64,000 nt of DNA, from contig CAWBPF010000005.1 of NCBI GenBank assembly GCA_963790515.1, positions 119,916 through 183,915 on the forward strand, written 5' to 3'. Both the position numbers and the translations under genes were made by a program. Origin of the DNA: an uncultured Alphaproteobacteria bacterium. GTDB taxonomy: Bacteria > Pseudomonadota > Alphaproteobacteria > Acetobacterales > Acetobacteraceae. A model generated the notes under the pieces. The model did not search any database, had not been told where the DNA came from, and was given only the letters and a program-made list of their open reading frames with translations. Of the stretch, positions 18,703 to 27,430 are shown one piece after another. The stretch's first letter is position 1; each line of letters opens with the position of its first letter.

Positions 18703-20286
18703 TCATTCAGGAAGTCCTGCGCGTCGCAGACCGTCCGCGAACACAGACAGGTCTTCCGGACGTTGTATCGGAAGCCAGTCCCTCAGATTGGAAATCCGCA
18801 GCGCGGGATCGAGTTGTCGCAAGTGCTGCATCGCCTGTCGCGCCGCATATGTTCGGCCGGCGAGCGCGTGGCTCGCGGCGACCACGCTGGCCACCATCAG
18901 GAAGCTCGGGAGATTCCACAACGATTTCTCGGCCCATGACGAGGCATCATCGAAGCGCCCTGCAAACAGATGGGCGATCGCCATGCCAGCCTGCATTCGA
19001 TACAGTTCGGGGTCGAGCGGGCTCAAACGCATGGCCTGGGCAAAGAGGCCTATCGCCGCCTCCGACTCACCGCGCCATACGCGCAAGTATCCCCCGAGGA
19101 ACCAGGCTGACGCGAGGTTGGGATTAAGGATCCGCGCCCGGTCGAGCAAAGCAATGCCGCTGTCAAGATCGCCGGCAAGATGACCGAACACATGGCCGCT
19201 TCTGGCCAGTGCGACCGCATCGTCCCTGCCCAGTTCGACAGCGCAGCGAGCCAATCTGGCGCCCTCGGCTGCGTCAGTTGAACCATCACTCGTCCAACCG
19301 TTCACCTTGCGCCAGAAATGGCACCACGCTGCCATGGCGTGCGCCGTGGCGAAGTCCGGGTCGAGCCGGATCGCCTCACCGAACTGCGTCAGCGCTTCGT
19401 CCACGCTGTCCCGCGTTCCGCGATGGAGTTTCGCCATTCCACGCAGGTGGAAATCATAGGCACTGAGACTTGGTGTTGGCTTGCGCAATGCGCGTTCGAT
19501 CTCAGCCCGCTCCAGTTGCGGGACCATGGCTCCCACCACGCCCCTCGCCACCTGATCCTGCAGCTCGAAAATGTCATCGAGCGTTCCTTCAAAGCGCTCT
19601 GCCCAGAGATGTGTCCCAGCGGTAGCGTCGATCAGCTGTCCGGTGATGCGCACACGGTTGGCAGCCTTGCGCACGCTGCCTTCCAGCACATAGCGCACGC
19701 CAAGCTCACGGCCGACCTGTTGCACGCTGACTGCACGGTCCTTGTATGTGAAGCTGGAGTTGCGCGCCGTGACGAACAGCCAGCGGATCCGCGATAATGC
19801 CGTGATGATATCTTCGACCATACCGTCGCTGAAGTAATCCTGCTCGGGATCGCTGCTCATATTCTGAAACGGAAGCACGGCAACGGACGGCTTATCGGGA
19901 AGCGCCAGCACCGATACAGATGGTGTAACCGGATCGGTGGGACCGGCTTGGGGGGAATCAGGGTCATCCCTTGCTCGTGCTTCCCTGACGTCGCCGATGA
20001 ACCGGAATCCCCTGCGGGACACGGTCCTGATCAGGCGCTGGTCCTCGCCTCTGTCGCCGATCGCCTTGCGGACTGCATTTACGTGGCTGGTCAAGGTAGA
20101 TTCGGAAACGATACGCCCACCCCACACCGAATCCAGAAGCTCGTCCTTGCTAACGACCCTTTCGCGGTTCTTCACCAAATAGACCAGCAGGTCGAAGACT
20201 TGCGGCCCGACCGAAATGACTTGCGAACCGCGGGTAAGCTCTCGCCGGTCAGGATCGAGTGTGCAGTCTCCGAACAGAAATTGCAC
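18703..20286 (-). CDS. OmpR-type winged-helix / TolB-like / TPR transcriptional regulator
   Basis: RVVSKDELLDSVWGGRIVSESTL...IRTVSRRGFRF; PDKPSVAVLPFQNMSSDPEQDYFSDG; TPR-rich C-terminus. Confidence 0.92.
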   Translation of the reverse strand: MQFLFGDCTLDPDRRELTRGSQVISVGPQVFDLLVYLVKNRERVVSKDELLDSVWGGRIVSESTLTSHVNAVRKAIGDRGEDQRLIRTVSRRGFRFIGDVREARARDDPDSPQAGPTDPVTPSVSVLALPDKPSVAVLPFQNMSSDPEQDYFSDGMVEDIITALSRIRWLFVTARNSSFTYKDRAVSVQQVGRELGVRYVLEGSVRKAANRVRITGQLIDATAGTHLWAERFEGTLDDIFELQDQVARGVVGAMVPQLERAEIERALRKPTPSLSAYDFHLRGMAKLHRGTRDSVDEALTQFGEAIRLDPDFATAHAMAAWCHFWRKVNGWTSDGSTDAAEGARLARCAVELGRDDAVALARSGHVFGHLAGDLDSGIALLDRARILNPNLASAWFLGGYLRVWRGESEAAIGLFAQAMRLSPLDPELYRMQAGMAIAHLFAGRFDDASSWAEKSLWNLPSFLMVASVVAASHALAGRTYAARQAMQHLRQLDPALRISNLRDWLPIQRPEDLSVFADGLRRAGLPE

Positions 20287-20586
20287 GCTGGCCCTCCTTC
20301 TTCGCTTGGATCTGCACGGCGGGTCGGTAACGAGACCCGGCTGACGCGGCCAGCCCAGGCAGCCTGCTCATGACTGCGCTGCGCAATCCCCGGTCAACGG
20401 TCCTTGCCGGAATTGCCAACGCTTTTTGCACGAATAACCAAGCTGGCTTGGAAGGTAAATCAAGATCGCGGCAAGGATTTCCTGCCGCCCTGCATGCATG
20501 GTGTCGCCGTCGCCCGCGATGGCTTTGGTCGCCAATTACCAAGGAACGCGGCCGCCAAACTTCCCAATGCTCAGCAGGAGACCAAC

Positions 20587-21504
20587 ATGAGATTAGAAAA
20601 CGCATCACAACGTCGTAGGCCAGCAGTCGAGGAGCCGGTTCCCTCGCGCTATGCGCTGCGGATCGGCGAGATTGACGTGCTGGTGGTCAGCGATGGGGTG
20701 CTCCCCCTCCCGACCACGATGTTGGCGCACAACGCGGACCCGGTCGTCCGGGCCGCTTGGCTGAACGACATGTTTCTGCCGCGGGACGCGTTCGACTGGC
20801 CGCTAAACGCGGTGCTGGTGCGCTGCGACGGGCAAACCATACTCATCGACGCAGGGCTCGGGGCGGACCCGAACTTGGCATTGCCGCGGGCCGGACAACT
20901 GGGCCAGCGACTTGAGGCGGCCGGCATCGATCTAACCTCCGTGACCGACGTGGTGCTGACCCATATGCACATGGACCACGTCGGTGGGCTGCTCGTGGAC
21001 GGGGTGAAGGACCGGCTGCGTCCGGACCTGCGGATTCACCTGGCGGCCGCCGAAGTCAAATTCTGGGAATCACCCGATTTCTCCCACACCGCCATGCCGC
21101 AGGGGTTCCCGGACGCACTGCGGGCCACCGCCAAACGGTTCATGGCAGAGTATCGCACCCATCTGCGGCCATTCGACGATGAGCACGAGGTAGCGCCTGG
21201 GGTCGTCGTCTGTCGCACCGGCGGCCATACGCCCGGGCACAGCGTCGTCCGCATGACGTCCGGCCGAGATCGGCTGATGTTCGCCGGGGACGCCCTGTTC
21301 CCGGTTGGGTTCGAGCATCCCGACTGGCACAACGGCTTCGAACATGACCCGGAAGAGGCGGCCCGCGTCCGGCTCCGTCTATTGCAAGAGCTGGCCACGA
21401 CCAGCGGCTTGCTGGTGGCAACGCACATGCCGTTCCCATCCCTGGGCCGGGTGGCGCCTGTCGGCGACGTCTTTCGCTGGGTACCGACCTTCTGGGACTA
21501 CTGA
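20587..21504 (+). CDS. MBL-fold metallo-hydrolase (lactonase/MPH-like)
   Basis: THMHMDHVGG, GHTPGH, GDA, THMPFP; ATG 20587 after CAGGAG. Confidence 0.92.
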   Translation: MRLENASQRRRPAVEEPVPSRYALRIGEIDVLVVSDGVLPLPTTMLAHNADPVVRAAWLNDMFLPRDAFDWPLNAVLVRCDGQTILIDAGLGADPNLALPRAGQLGQRLEAAGIDLTSVTDVVLTHMHMDHVGGLLVDGVKDRLRPDLRIHLAAAEVKFWESPDFSHTAMPQGFPDALRATAKRFMAEYRTHLRPFDDEHEVAPGVVVCRTGGHTPGHSVVRMTSGRDRLMFAGDALFPVGFEHPDWHNGFEHDPEEAARVRLRLLQELATTSGLLVATHMPFPSLGRVAPVGDVFRWVPTFWDY

Positions 21505-21731
21505 CCGCGCGTTGGTTCAGGACCGGCGACCGGCACGCGGCACGTGGCGTTGTGCCCGGCTTCATGCGCGTGACGTATGAAGCCCCCATCAATGCCGGGC
21601 TGCTCACGTCCATGAGCACCTAGCCCTTCTCGCGTCCCGCATCGCCGCCGATCGCAAATCTTCGGCCAAGCCGGAGGGCGACGACGGCGCTGCGTGGGCG
21701 TCCAGGAATTCAGATAATTGGAGTAGATCAC

Positions 21732-22937
21732 ATGCGTCTCGTCATCGTAGGCGCCGGCTTCGCCGGCATGTATGCTGCACTATCCTCTGCGCGATTGCGC
21801 GAAATCAGTAGCGTCTCCCCGGAACGGCTGGAGATCGCGCTAGTCGCACCGGAGCCGATGCTGGTCGTTCGGCCGCGGCTGTACCAGCCAAGGCCCGAGA
21901 CGCTGACGGCACCGCTCTTGGATGTGCTCAAGGCTATCGACGTCGTCTATGTCCAGGGCCGCGCCGACACGATCGACGTCAGGTCGCGCGTTGTGACGTT
22001 GGCCGCCTCCAGTGCTGACTGCAAAGACCTGGCCTACGATCGCTTGGTCGTGACCACCGGAAGCCGGCTATTCCGTCCGGACATTCCCGGACTGGCCGAG
22101 TATGCGTTCAGCGTCGACAAACTGGACGATGCGATCGCCCTGGACCGTCACCTGCACAGTTTACCGGATCTCCCGGCATCCGTCGCGCGCGACACCGTTG
22201 TCGTTGTGGGTGGCGGTTTCACCGGCATCGAAGTCGCGACGGAGATGCCGGCGCGCTTGCGCGCGATCCTCAGCGCGAATGCCAATCCACGCATAATCAT
22301 CGTCGAGCGCAACGATGCGATCGCGCCCGACATGGGTGCAGGCCCTCGGCCGATCATTGAGGAAGCATTTCGCAAGCTGGGATTGGAGGCCCTAGTGGGC
22401 GTTGGCGTGCAGGCGCTGGACAAGACGGGTGTCACGCTGAGCAACGGTGAACGGATCGAGGCTGCCACCGTGATCTGGACGGCCGGCATGCGCGCGGCAC
22501 CCCTGACAGCACAGATCCCTGGCGAACGGGACAGCTTTGGCCGGTTGCTGGTCGACCGCGACTTGCGCGTTCCGTCCGTCGCCGGGGTCTTCGCCGCAGG
22601 CGACGCTGCGAAAGCGATGATCGACGATCTCGGCAACTACGCGCTGATGTCGTGCCAACACGCCACGCGCATGGGTGCCTTTGCCGGCAACAACGCCGCC
22701 GCTGATCTGCTCGGACAACCGACCAGGCCGTACCACCAGCAGGCGTACGTTACTTGCCTCGATCTTGGCGACGCCGGTGCATTGTTCACACGCGGCTGGG
22801 ATCGGACCGTGGAGATGGTCGGTGCCCAGGCAAAGAAGACCAAAGAGGAAATCAACACGGGCTGGATCTATCCGCCGAAGGCCGACCGCGCAACGGCGCT
22901 AGCCTCGGCTGATCCGGAGCATGTCACCGACTTGTAG
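21732..22937 (+). CDS. NAD(P)/FAD-dependent oxidoreductase (NDH-2-like)
   Basis: GAGFAG and GGGFTGIEVATE Rossmann motifs; VFAAGDAA. Confidence 0.9.
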   Translation: MRLVIVGAGFAGMYAALSSARLREISSVSPERLEIALVAPEPMLVVRPRLYQPRPETLTAPLLDVLKAIDVVYVQGRADTIDVRSRVVTLAASSADCKDLAYDRLVVTTGSRLFRPDIPGLAEYAFSVDKLDDAIALDRHLHSLPDLPASVARDTVVVVGGGFTGIEVATEMPARLRAILSANANPRIIIVERNDAIAPDMGAGPRPIIEEAFRKLGLEALVGVGVQALDKTGVTLSNGERIEAATVIWTAGMRAAPLTAQIPGERDSFGRLLVDRDLRVPSVAGVFAAGDAAKAMIDDLGNYALMSCQHATRMGAFAGNNAAADLLGQPTRPYHQQAYVTCLDLGDAGALFTRGWDRTVEMVGAQAKKTKEEINTGWIYPPKADRATALASADPEHVTDL

Positions 22938-23112
22938 GGCTGATGTCCCACTGCAGGGCGATGAACGTCTGTGCCGTGGCTTATGCGTCGGCCGCGCGAC
23001 CGCACCGGGCACAGCCCGTGCGGCGGCGTGTGCGCGGCCGTATCGCTTTCGCTCGATTGTTCTGATGGTCGGGCGGACCGGCCGAACGCCTAACGACAAC
23101 AAGCGGTGACAC

Positions 23113-23553
23113 ATGGATTCTGGCTATATATCAGGCCTTGCGGCGCTTGCCGGCTCCGCTATCGGAGCGCTCGCCTCGTTGGTTACCGCATGGCTGACAC
23201 AGCATTCGCAGACGCGTGTGACACAGCGCTTGCAGGACCAAGCGCGCCGCGAAGCCCTCTATGGCGAATTCATCCGTGAAGCGTCCAAGTTGTTTGCCGA
23301 TGCGTTTGAGCATGAGCTCGATGACCCGGCCAAGCTTGTTCAGCTCTATGCAACTGTCAGCATCATACGTCTCTTCGGCCAGCAGCGGACTCTCGCGGAG
23401 GCTGAAGGCGTTATGCACCGCATCGGCGCCACCTACTTCGCGCCTAACAAGGATGTTCGCCTGTTCGCTGACATAGCCCGCAACGGTGAACTCGATCCGC
23501 TCTATGCATTCAGCACTGCATGCCGGGAGGAGCTTGAGCTTGCACGAAGGTAG
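23113..23553 (+). CDS. Hypothetical protein with N-terminal TM helix
   Basis: ISGLAALAGSAIGALASLVTAWLT hydrophobic segment followed by a helical domain; natural-looking composition. Confidence 0.7.
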   Translation: MDSGYISGLAALAGSAIGALASLVTAWLTQHSQTRVTQRLQDQARREALYGEFIREASKLFADAFEHELDDPAKLVQLYATVSIIRLFGQQRTLAEAEGVMHRIGATYFAPNKDVRLFADIARNGELDPLYAFSTACREELELARR

Positions 23554-24120
23554 CGTCACTTGGGTTGTCTTCGCGCAGTCCCCAGGACGGCAGCGTGACA
23601 CAAATCCAAGATTTGGGCGAACGAGACCCTTCACACGATTGGGATGCAGCGCACGACCGGTTTCGGGACCGAGTACTCGGCGGCGCCATGTCCATCATGG
23701 GTCGATACCCGCCTCTGCCGGCAGGTAGTAGGCCGGCCCGATCATCATACTTCGGTATGCTCGGCAAGGCTAAGCTGTAAAAGTCTGGTCTCGACCATAC
23801 GGACATTGTCGAATTGGGGACGCCCCCTTCTACATATGCAGGTCGAGTTTTCAGACGAACCCCGACTGGACGCCCAACAACCCGATTTCCCGGGCACAAG
23901 CCGCGCTCGTGGATGGCTAATCGATCCTTGACGGCCCGGATACCGATCGTGATGTCTCGGCTCTCGATCGCTAGTACGGGGGCCATTTCGCAGCAAACAG
24001 TCAGTAAAATTTGACCGATGCCTAGCTGCACTTATTACAAATAAGCACCAAAATCAGCAACTTCACCAAGAGAAACATGGTTCCCCCAGAGTGCGATCGC
24101 ACTCTCAAACAAGGAAATTT

Positions 24121-24157
24121 AGAGCCTGATAGGTTCAACCTGGATCGATCAGGCTCT
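24121..24157. repeat. 37-bp palindromic interspersed element, copy 1
   Basis: AGAGCCTGAT...ATCAGGCTCT outer stem with inner AGGTT-C-AACCT; 32/37 identical to 52846-52882. Confidence 0.75.
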
Positions 24158-25444
24158 TTAAGGTGCGGGCCGGAACCCATCCGTCAATGTTCCCAGGAAT
24201 GCGGTTAAATCGTCCACATCGACTTCGGACAACACACGCTTGGGGCCGAACGGCGGCTCACTGCCGACATTGCCGGCATAGGCCTGCGGCAGGTCGTCGA
24301 ACTTGTGCACCACCCCATCCGGGCCCGTCGGATACAATTTCCCCGGTTCGGTGTCCCGCTCCGCGTAAAACGCCACCGCATCCCGCAATGAGTGAAAAAT
24401 CCCATTATGGTAGAAGCTCTGTTTCAGCGCGATATTCCGCAGTGTCGGCGCCTTGAACATGCCACAATACTTCGTCTGTTCGGCCAGGTCGTGCCGCGCC
24501 GGCCCACACAGCCCAAGATCGAAGTAGCTGGGGTCCTGATTGGCAGGGATAGCCGGATTTCGCGGAACCCCCAGCGCCACATAGCCAAAATCGGTAAACA
24601 GCGGCGGCCGGCCGTCAGCCGTCACCGCACTCTTGTGGCACTGGGCGCAATTGCCCTTCGCCGCATCGTTGAACAGTGCCAGCCCCCGGGCCTCCGGCTC
24701 CGTCAAGGACACCCGCCCACGCAGGAATGCGTCGTATTTACTGCTGAACGGGCTGAACGTCGCAGGCAACTCCTGGTAAAACTCCAGGGCCTCGGTCACG
24801 GCGGCGAACGCGCGAGTCGGATCGGCGAAGACATCCCGTCCATACAGCCGCCGGACATCGGCCGCATACGCCGCTCGGGATACCGCCATTGCCACCGCCC
24901 TTGGACTGACGTTCGCCATCTCATTGGGGTCCAGCAGCGGCGCGGCCGCCTGGTCCCGTGCCCGGTCAACCCGCCCGTCCCAGTCACGCCCGCCAGTCGG
25001 TCCCTGATCGACGCTTTCGTCGCCCTCATCCTCGGACTCGAAATAGTGCTCGCTGAACGCCGGCACCGTCTGCCCATACATCAGGCTGGGCACCGCCCTG
25101 GTCCCGGCATGCTGCATGTCCGGCCCACCAAGTTGCACGGACCGCGCGTTTGGCGCCGAAAATCCATGCGCCGGATCGTGGCAGCTGGCACAGGCCATCT
25201 GCCCGGAGGCCGATAACCGCGGATCGAAAAACAGCTTCCGCCCCAGTTCGGTAACCGCCGCGACCCTGGCATAGGCCGCCGCCGCCGAGGGCGTCGGATC
25301 CCACGGCAACCCAGCTCGGCCCGCCACCGCCGGCCATCCGCTCACAACGCCATAAATACAGACAGCCAGACCGGACCGGCGAAGCCAACCGCCCCTGCGA
25401 TCGGCAGCCGCAACAATGTCATCCGATTGCAATCGCCAGACCAT
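24158..25444 (-). CDS. Di-heme cytochrome c peroxidase/MauG-superfamily enzyme
   Basis: LGRKLFFDPRLS, CASCH, WDGR, CAQCH, FKAPTLRNIA, HNG; start uncertain. Confidence 0.92.
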   Translation of the reverse strand: MVWRLQSDDIVAAADRRGGWLRRSGLAVCIYGVVSGWPAVAGRAGLPWDPTPSAAAAYARVAAVTELGRKLFFDPRLSASGQMACASCHDPAHGFSAPNARSVQLGGPDMQHAGTRAVPSLMYGQTVPAFSEHYFESEDEGDESVDQGPTGGRDWDGRVDRARDQAAAPLLDPNEMANVSPRAVAMAVSRAAYAADVRRLYGRDVFADPTRAFAAVTEALEFYQELPATFSPFSSKYDAFLRGRVSLTEPEARGLALFNDAAKGNCAQCHKSAVTADGRPPLFTDFGYVALGVPRNPAIPANQDPSYFDLGLCGPARHDLAEQTKYCGMFKAPTLRNIALKQSFYHNGIFHSLRDAVAFYAERDTEPGKLYPTGPDGVVHKFDDLPQAYAGNVGSEPPFGPKRVLSEVDVDDLTAFLGTLTDGFRPAP

Positions 25445-25498
25445 TCGGCCACCGTATACTTGTCGATAGCCCGACCCGGCAACGCCCAAGGACCCCTG

Positions 25499-27145
25499 AT
25501 GCTGAAACCGACCACGCTGGCCACGATGACCCTGGCCACGACCACCCTGGCGAGCCTGGGGACGACGACCCTGGCCATGGCAGCGAAGCCGAACTACGCC
25601 GACATCCAGACCGTGGTCGTGATATACGCGGAAAATCGCAGTTTCGACAATTTATACGGCATCTTCCCCGGTGCGAACGGCCTCGCCAAGGCAAGCCGGA
25701 CCGCCATCACCCAACTCGACCGCGACGGCAAGCCGATGCGCGGACTGCCGGCAGTCTGGGGCGGCATCGCCAGCAAAGTCACGGACGGCGCACCGGTCGC
25801 ACCGGTTACCCTGACGCAGGGTCAGACCGCTACCTACCTGAACCGCTTCAACCACCCCTACCAAGTCTCCGCGCTCTATCGGAACGGCAGCCTCGCCGAT
25901 AACGATTCGCTAAGCTACACCAACCGCGACCTGTATCACCGGTTCTACGAGAACCAGATGCAGATCAACCACGGCGCCAACAACATGTTCGCGGCCTGGG
26001 CCGACTCGGGCGGCATGACGATGGGCTATTTCACCCCCAACCCGCAGGAAATGCCGCTTTGGCAATGGGCCCATCAATACGTCCTGGCGGATAATTTTTT
26101 CCAGGGCGCGTTCGGCGGTTCCTTCCTCAACCATTTCTTCCTGATCTGCGCCTGCGCCCCGCGCTACGGCCACGACGGCATCAATCCTGCCGGCGGTGCC
26201 AATCCGACCGTCTCTGCCGTCGAGCCGGATGGCGTCACCCTGACCCTCGCCCCGAACGCGCCGGCCTCGGCCCTCGATGGCCCGCCGGTGTTCAAGCTCA
26301 GCGGCAACCTGACCCCGGATTTTTACGCCATCAACACCATGATGCCGCCCTACCCCCCCAGCGGCAACGCCGAACCCACGACCCCGCCGCAACAGACGGT
26401 CGACCTGAAATCAGCCACCACCCTGACCCCGCAAACCGAGGCGACAATCGGCGACCTGCTCACCCAGGCCAAGGTGGACTGGGCCTACTACAGCGGCGCC
26501 TGGGATTTCGCGGCGTCCCATCCCCCCTTCGCCGCCGGCCGTTCCAAGGCCAGCCCGAACTTCCAGTATCACCACCAGCCGTTCAATTATTTCGCCGCGT
26601 TCGACCCCGCGACCCCAGAGGGCAAGGCGAACCGCGAGGCCCATCTGTTGGACGCCGGCGTCGTCACCGACCCAACCACGCTGCCCGACTCCCGCTTCCT
26701 GTCGGATATCCGCGCCGGCAAACTGCCGCCGGTGACGTTCTACAAGCCGCAGGGATCGGTGAACGAACACGCCGCCTACGCCAACATCAGCGATGGCGAT
26801 CGCCATATCGCCGCCGTGCTGACCGCACTGAAGACCAGCCCGCAATGGAAACACATGCTCGTCGTCGTGACATACGACGAGTTCGGCGGCTGGTGGGATC
26901 ATGTCGCGCCGCCCAAGGCCGACCGCTTCGGTCCGGGGACCCGAATACCGGCGATCATCATCTCGCCCTATGCCAAGAAGGGCACGGTCGATCATACCCA
27001 ATACGACACGACCTCGATCCTGCGTTTCATCACCAACAAGTGGAAACTGCCGGCGCTGCCGGGGATCACCCAGCGGGACCAGGCTCTGGCAGCCGCTCAT
27101 AAACCGAAGATGGGCGACCTGACACAGGCCCTGGTCCTGGAATAA
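25499..27145 (+). CDS. acpA: Acid phosphatase AcpA / phospholipase C-like phosphoesterase
   Basis: VVIYAENRSFDNLYG, LADNFF, GGSFLNH, YHHQPF, TYDEFGGWWDHV, GTRIPAIIISP; signal peptide. Confidence 0.9.
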   Translation: MLKPTTLATMTLATTTLASLGTTTLAMAAKPNYADIQTVVVIYAENRSFDNLYGIFPGANGLAKASRTAITQLDRDGKPMRGLPAVWGGIASKVTDGAPVAPVTLTQGQTATYLNRFNHPYQVSALYRNGSLADNDSLSYTNRDLYHRFYENQMQINHGANNMFAAWADSGGMTMGYFTPNPQEMPLWQWAHQYVLADNFFQGAFGGSFLNHFFLICACAPRYGHDGINPAGGANPTVSAVEPDGVTLTLAPNAPASALDGPPVFKLSGNLTPDFYAINTMMPPYPPSGNAEPTTPPQQTVDLKSATTLTPQTEATIGDLLTQAKVDWAYYSGAWDFAASHPPFAAGRSKASPNFQYHHQPFNYFAAFDPATPEGKANREAHLLDAGVVTDPTTLPDSRFLSDIRAGKLPPVTFYKPQGSVNEHAAYANISDGDRHIAAVLTALKTSPQWKHMLVVVTYDEFGGWWDHVAPPKADRFGPGTRIPAIIISPYAKKGTVDHTQYDTTSILRFITNKWKLPALPGITQRDQALAAAHKPKMGDLTQALVLE

Positions 27146-27214
27146 CAAAACCATCGCGTCCTGCGAAAACAAAGCCATCGCACCCCGCGATAACAAAGCC
27201 AACGCGCCCCGACC
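27143..27214 (+). repeat. Degenerate 24-bp tandem repeat x3
   Basis: TAACAAAACCATCGCGTCCTGCGA / AAACAAAGCCATCGCACCCCGCGA / TAACAAAGCCAACGCGCCCCGACC. Confidence 0.75.
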
Positions 27215-27430
27215 GCGCGCCGTCCGGAATGCAACGGCACACGCAACGAGAAACCCACCTGCCACCGCGGGCGCACCGCACGCCGATGCCAACCCGGCGA
27301 TTGAAGCCTTGCATTAACCCCCAGCTTCATGCGTTTCGTCATGCCTGCCGGTGCTGACCGACTCGGCGCGTCACGATACTCTCGCTTCGACACACCCCCG
27401 TCCGTCACCGCTCGAGGTCGACCCAGCCAT

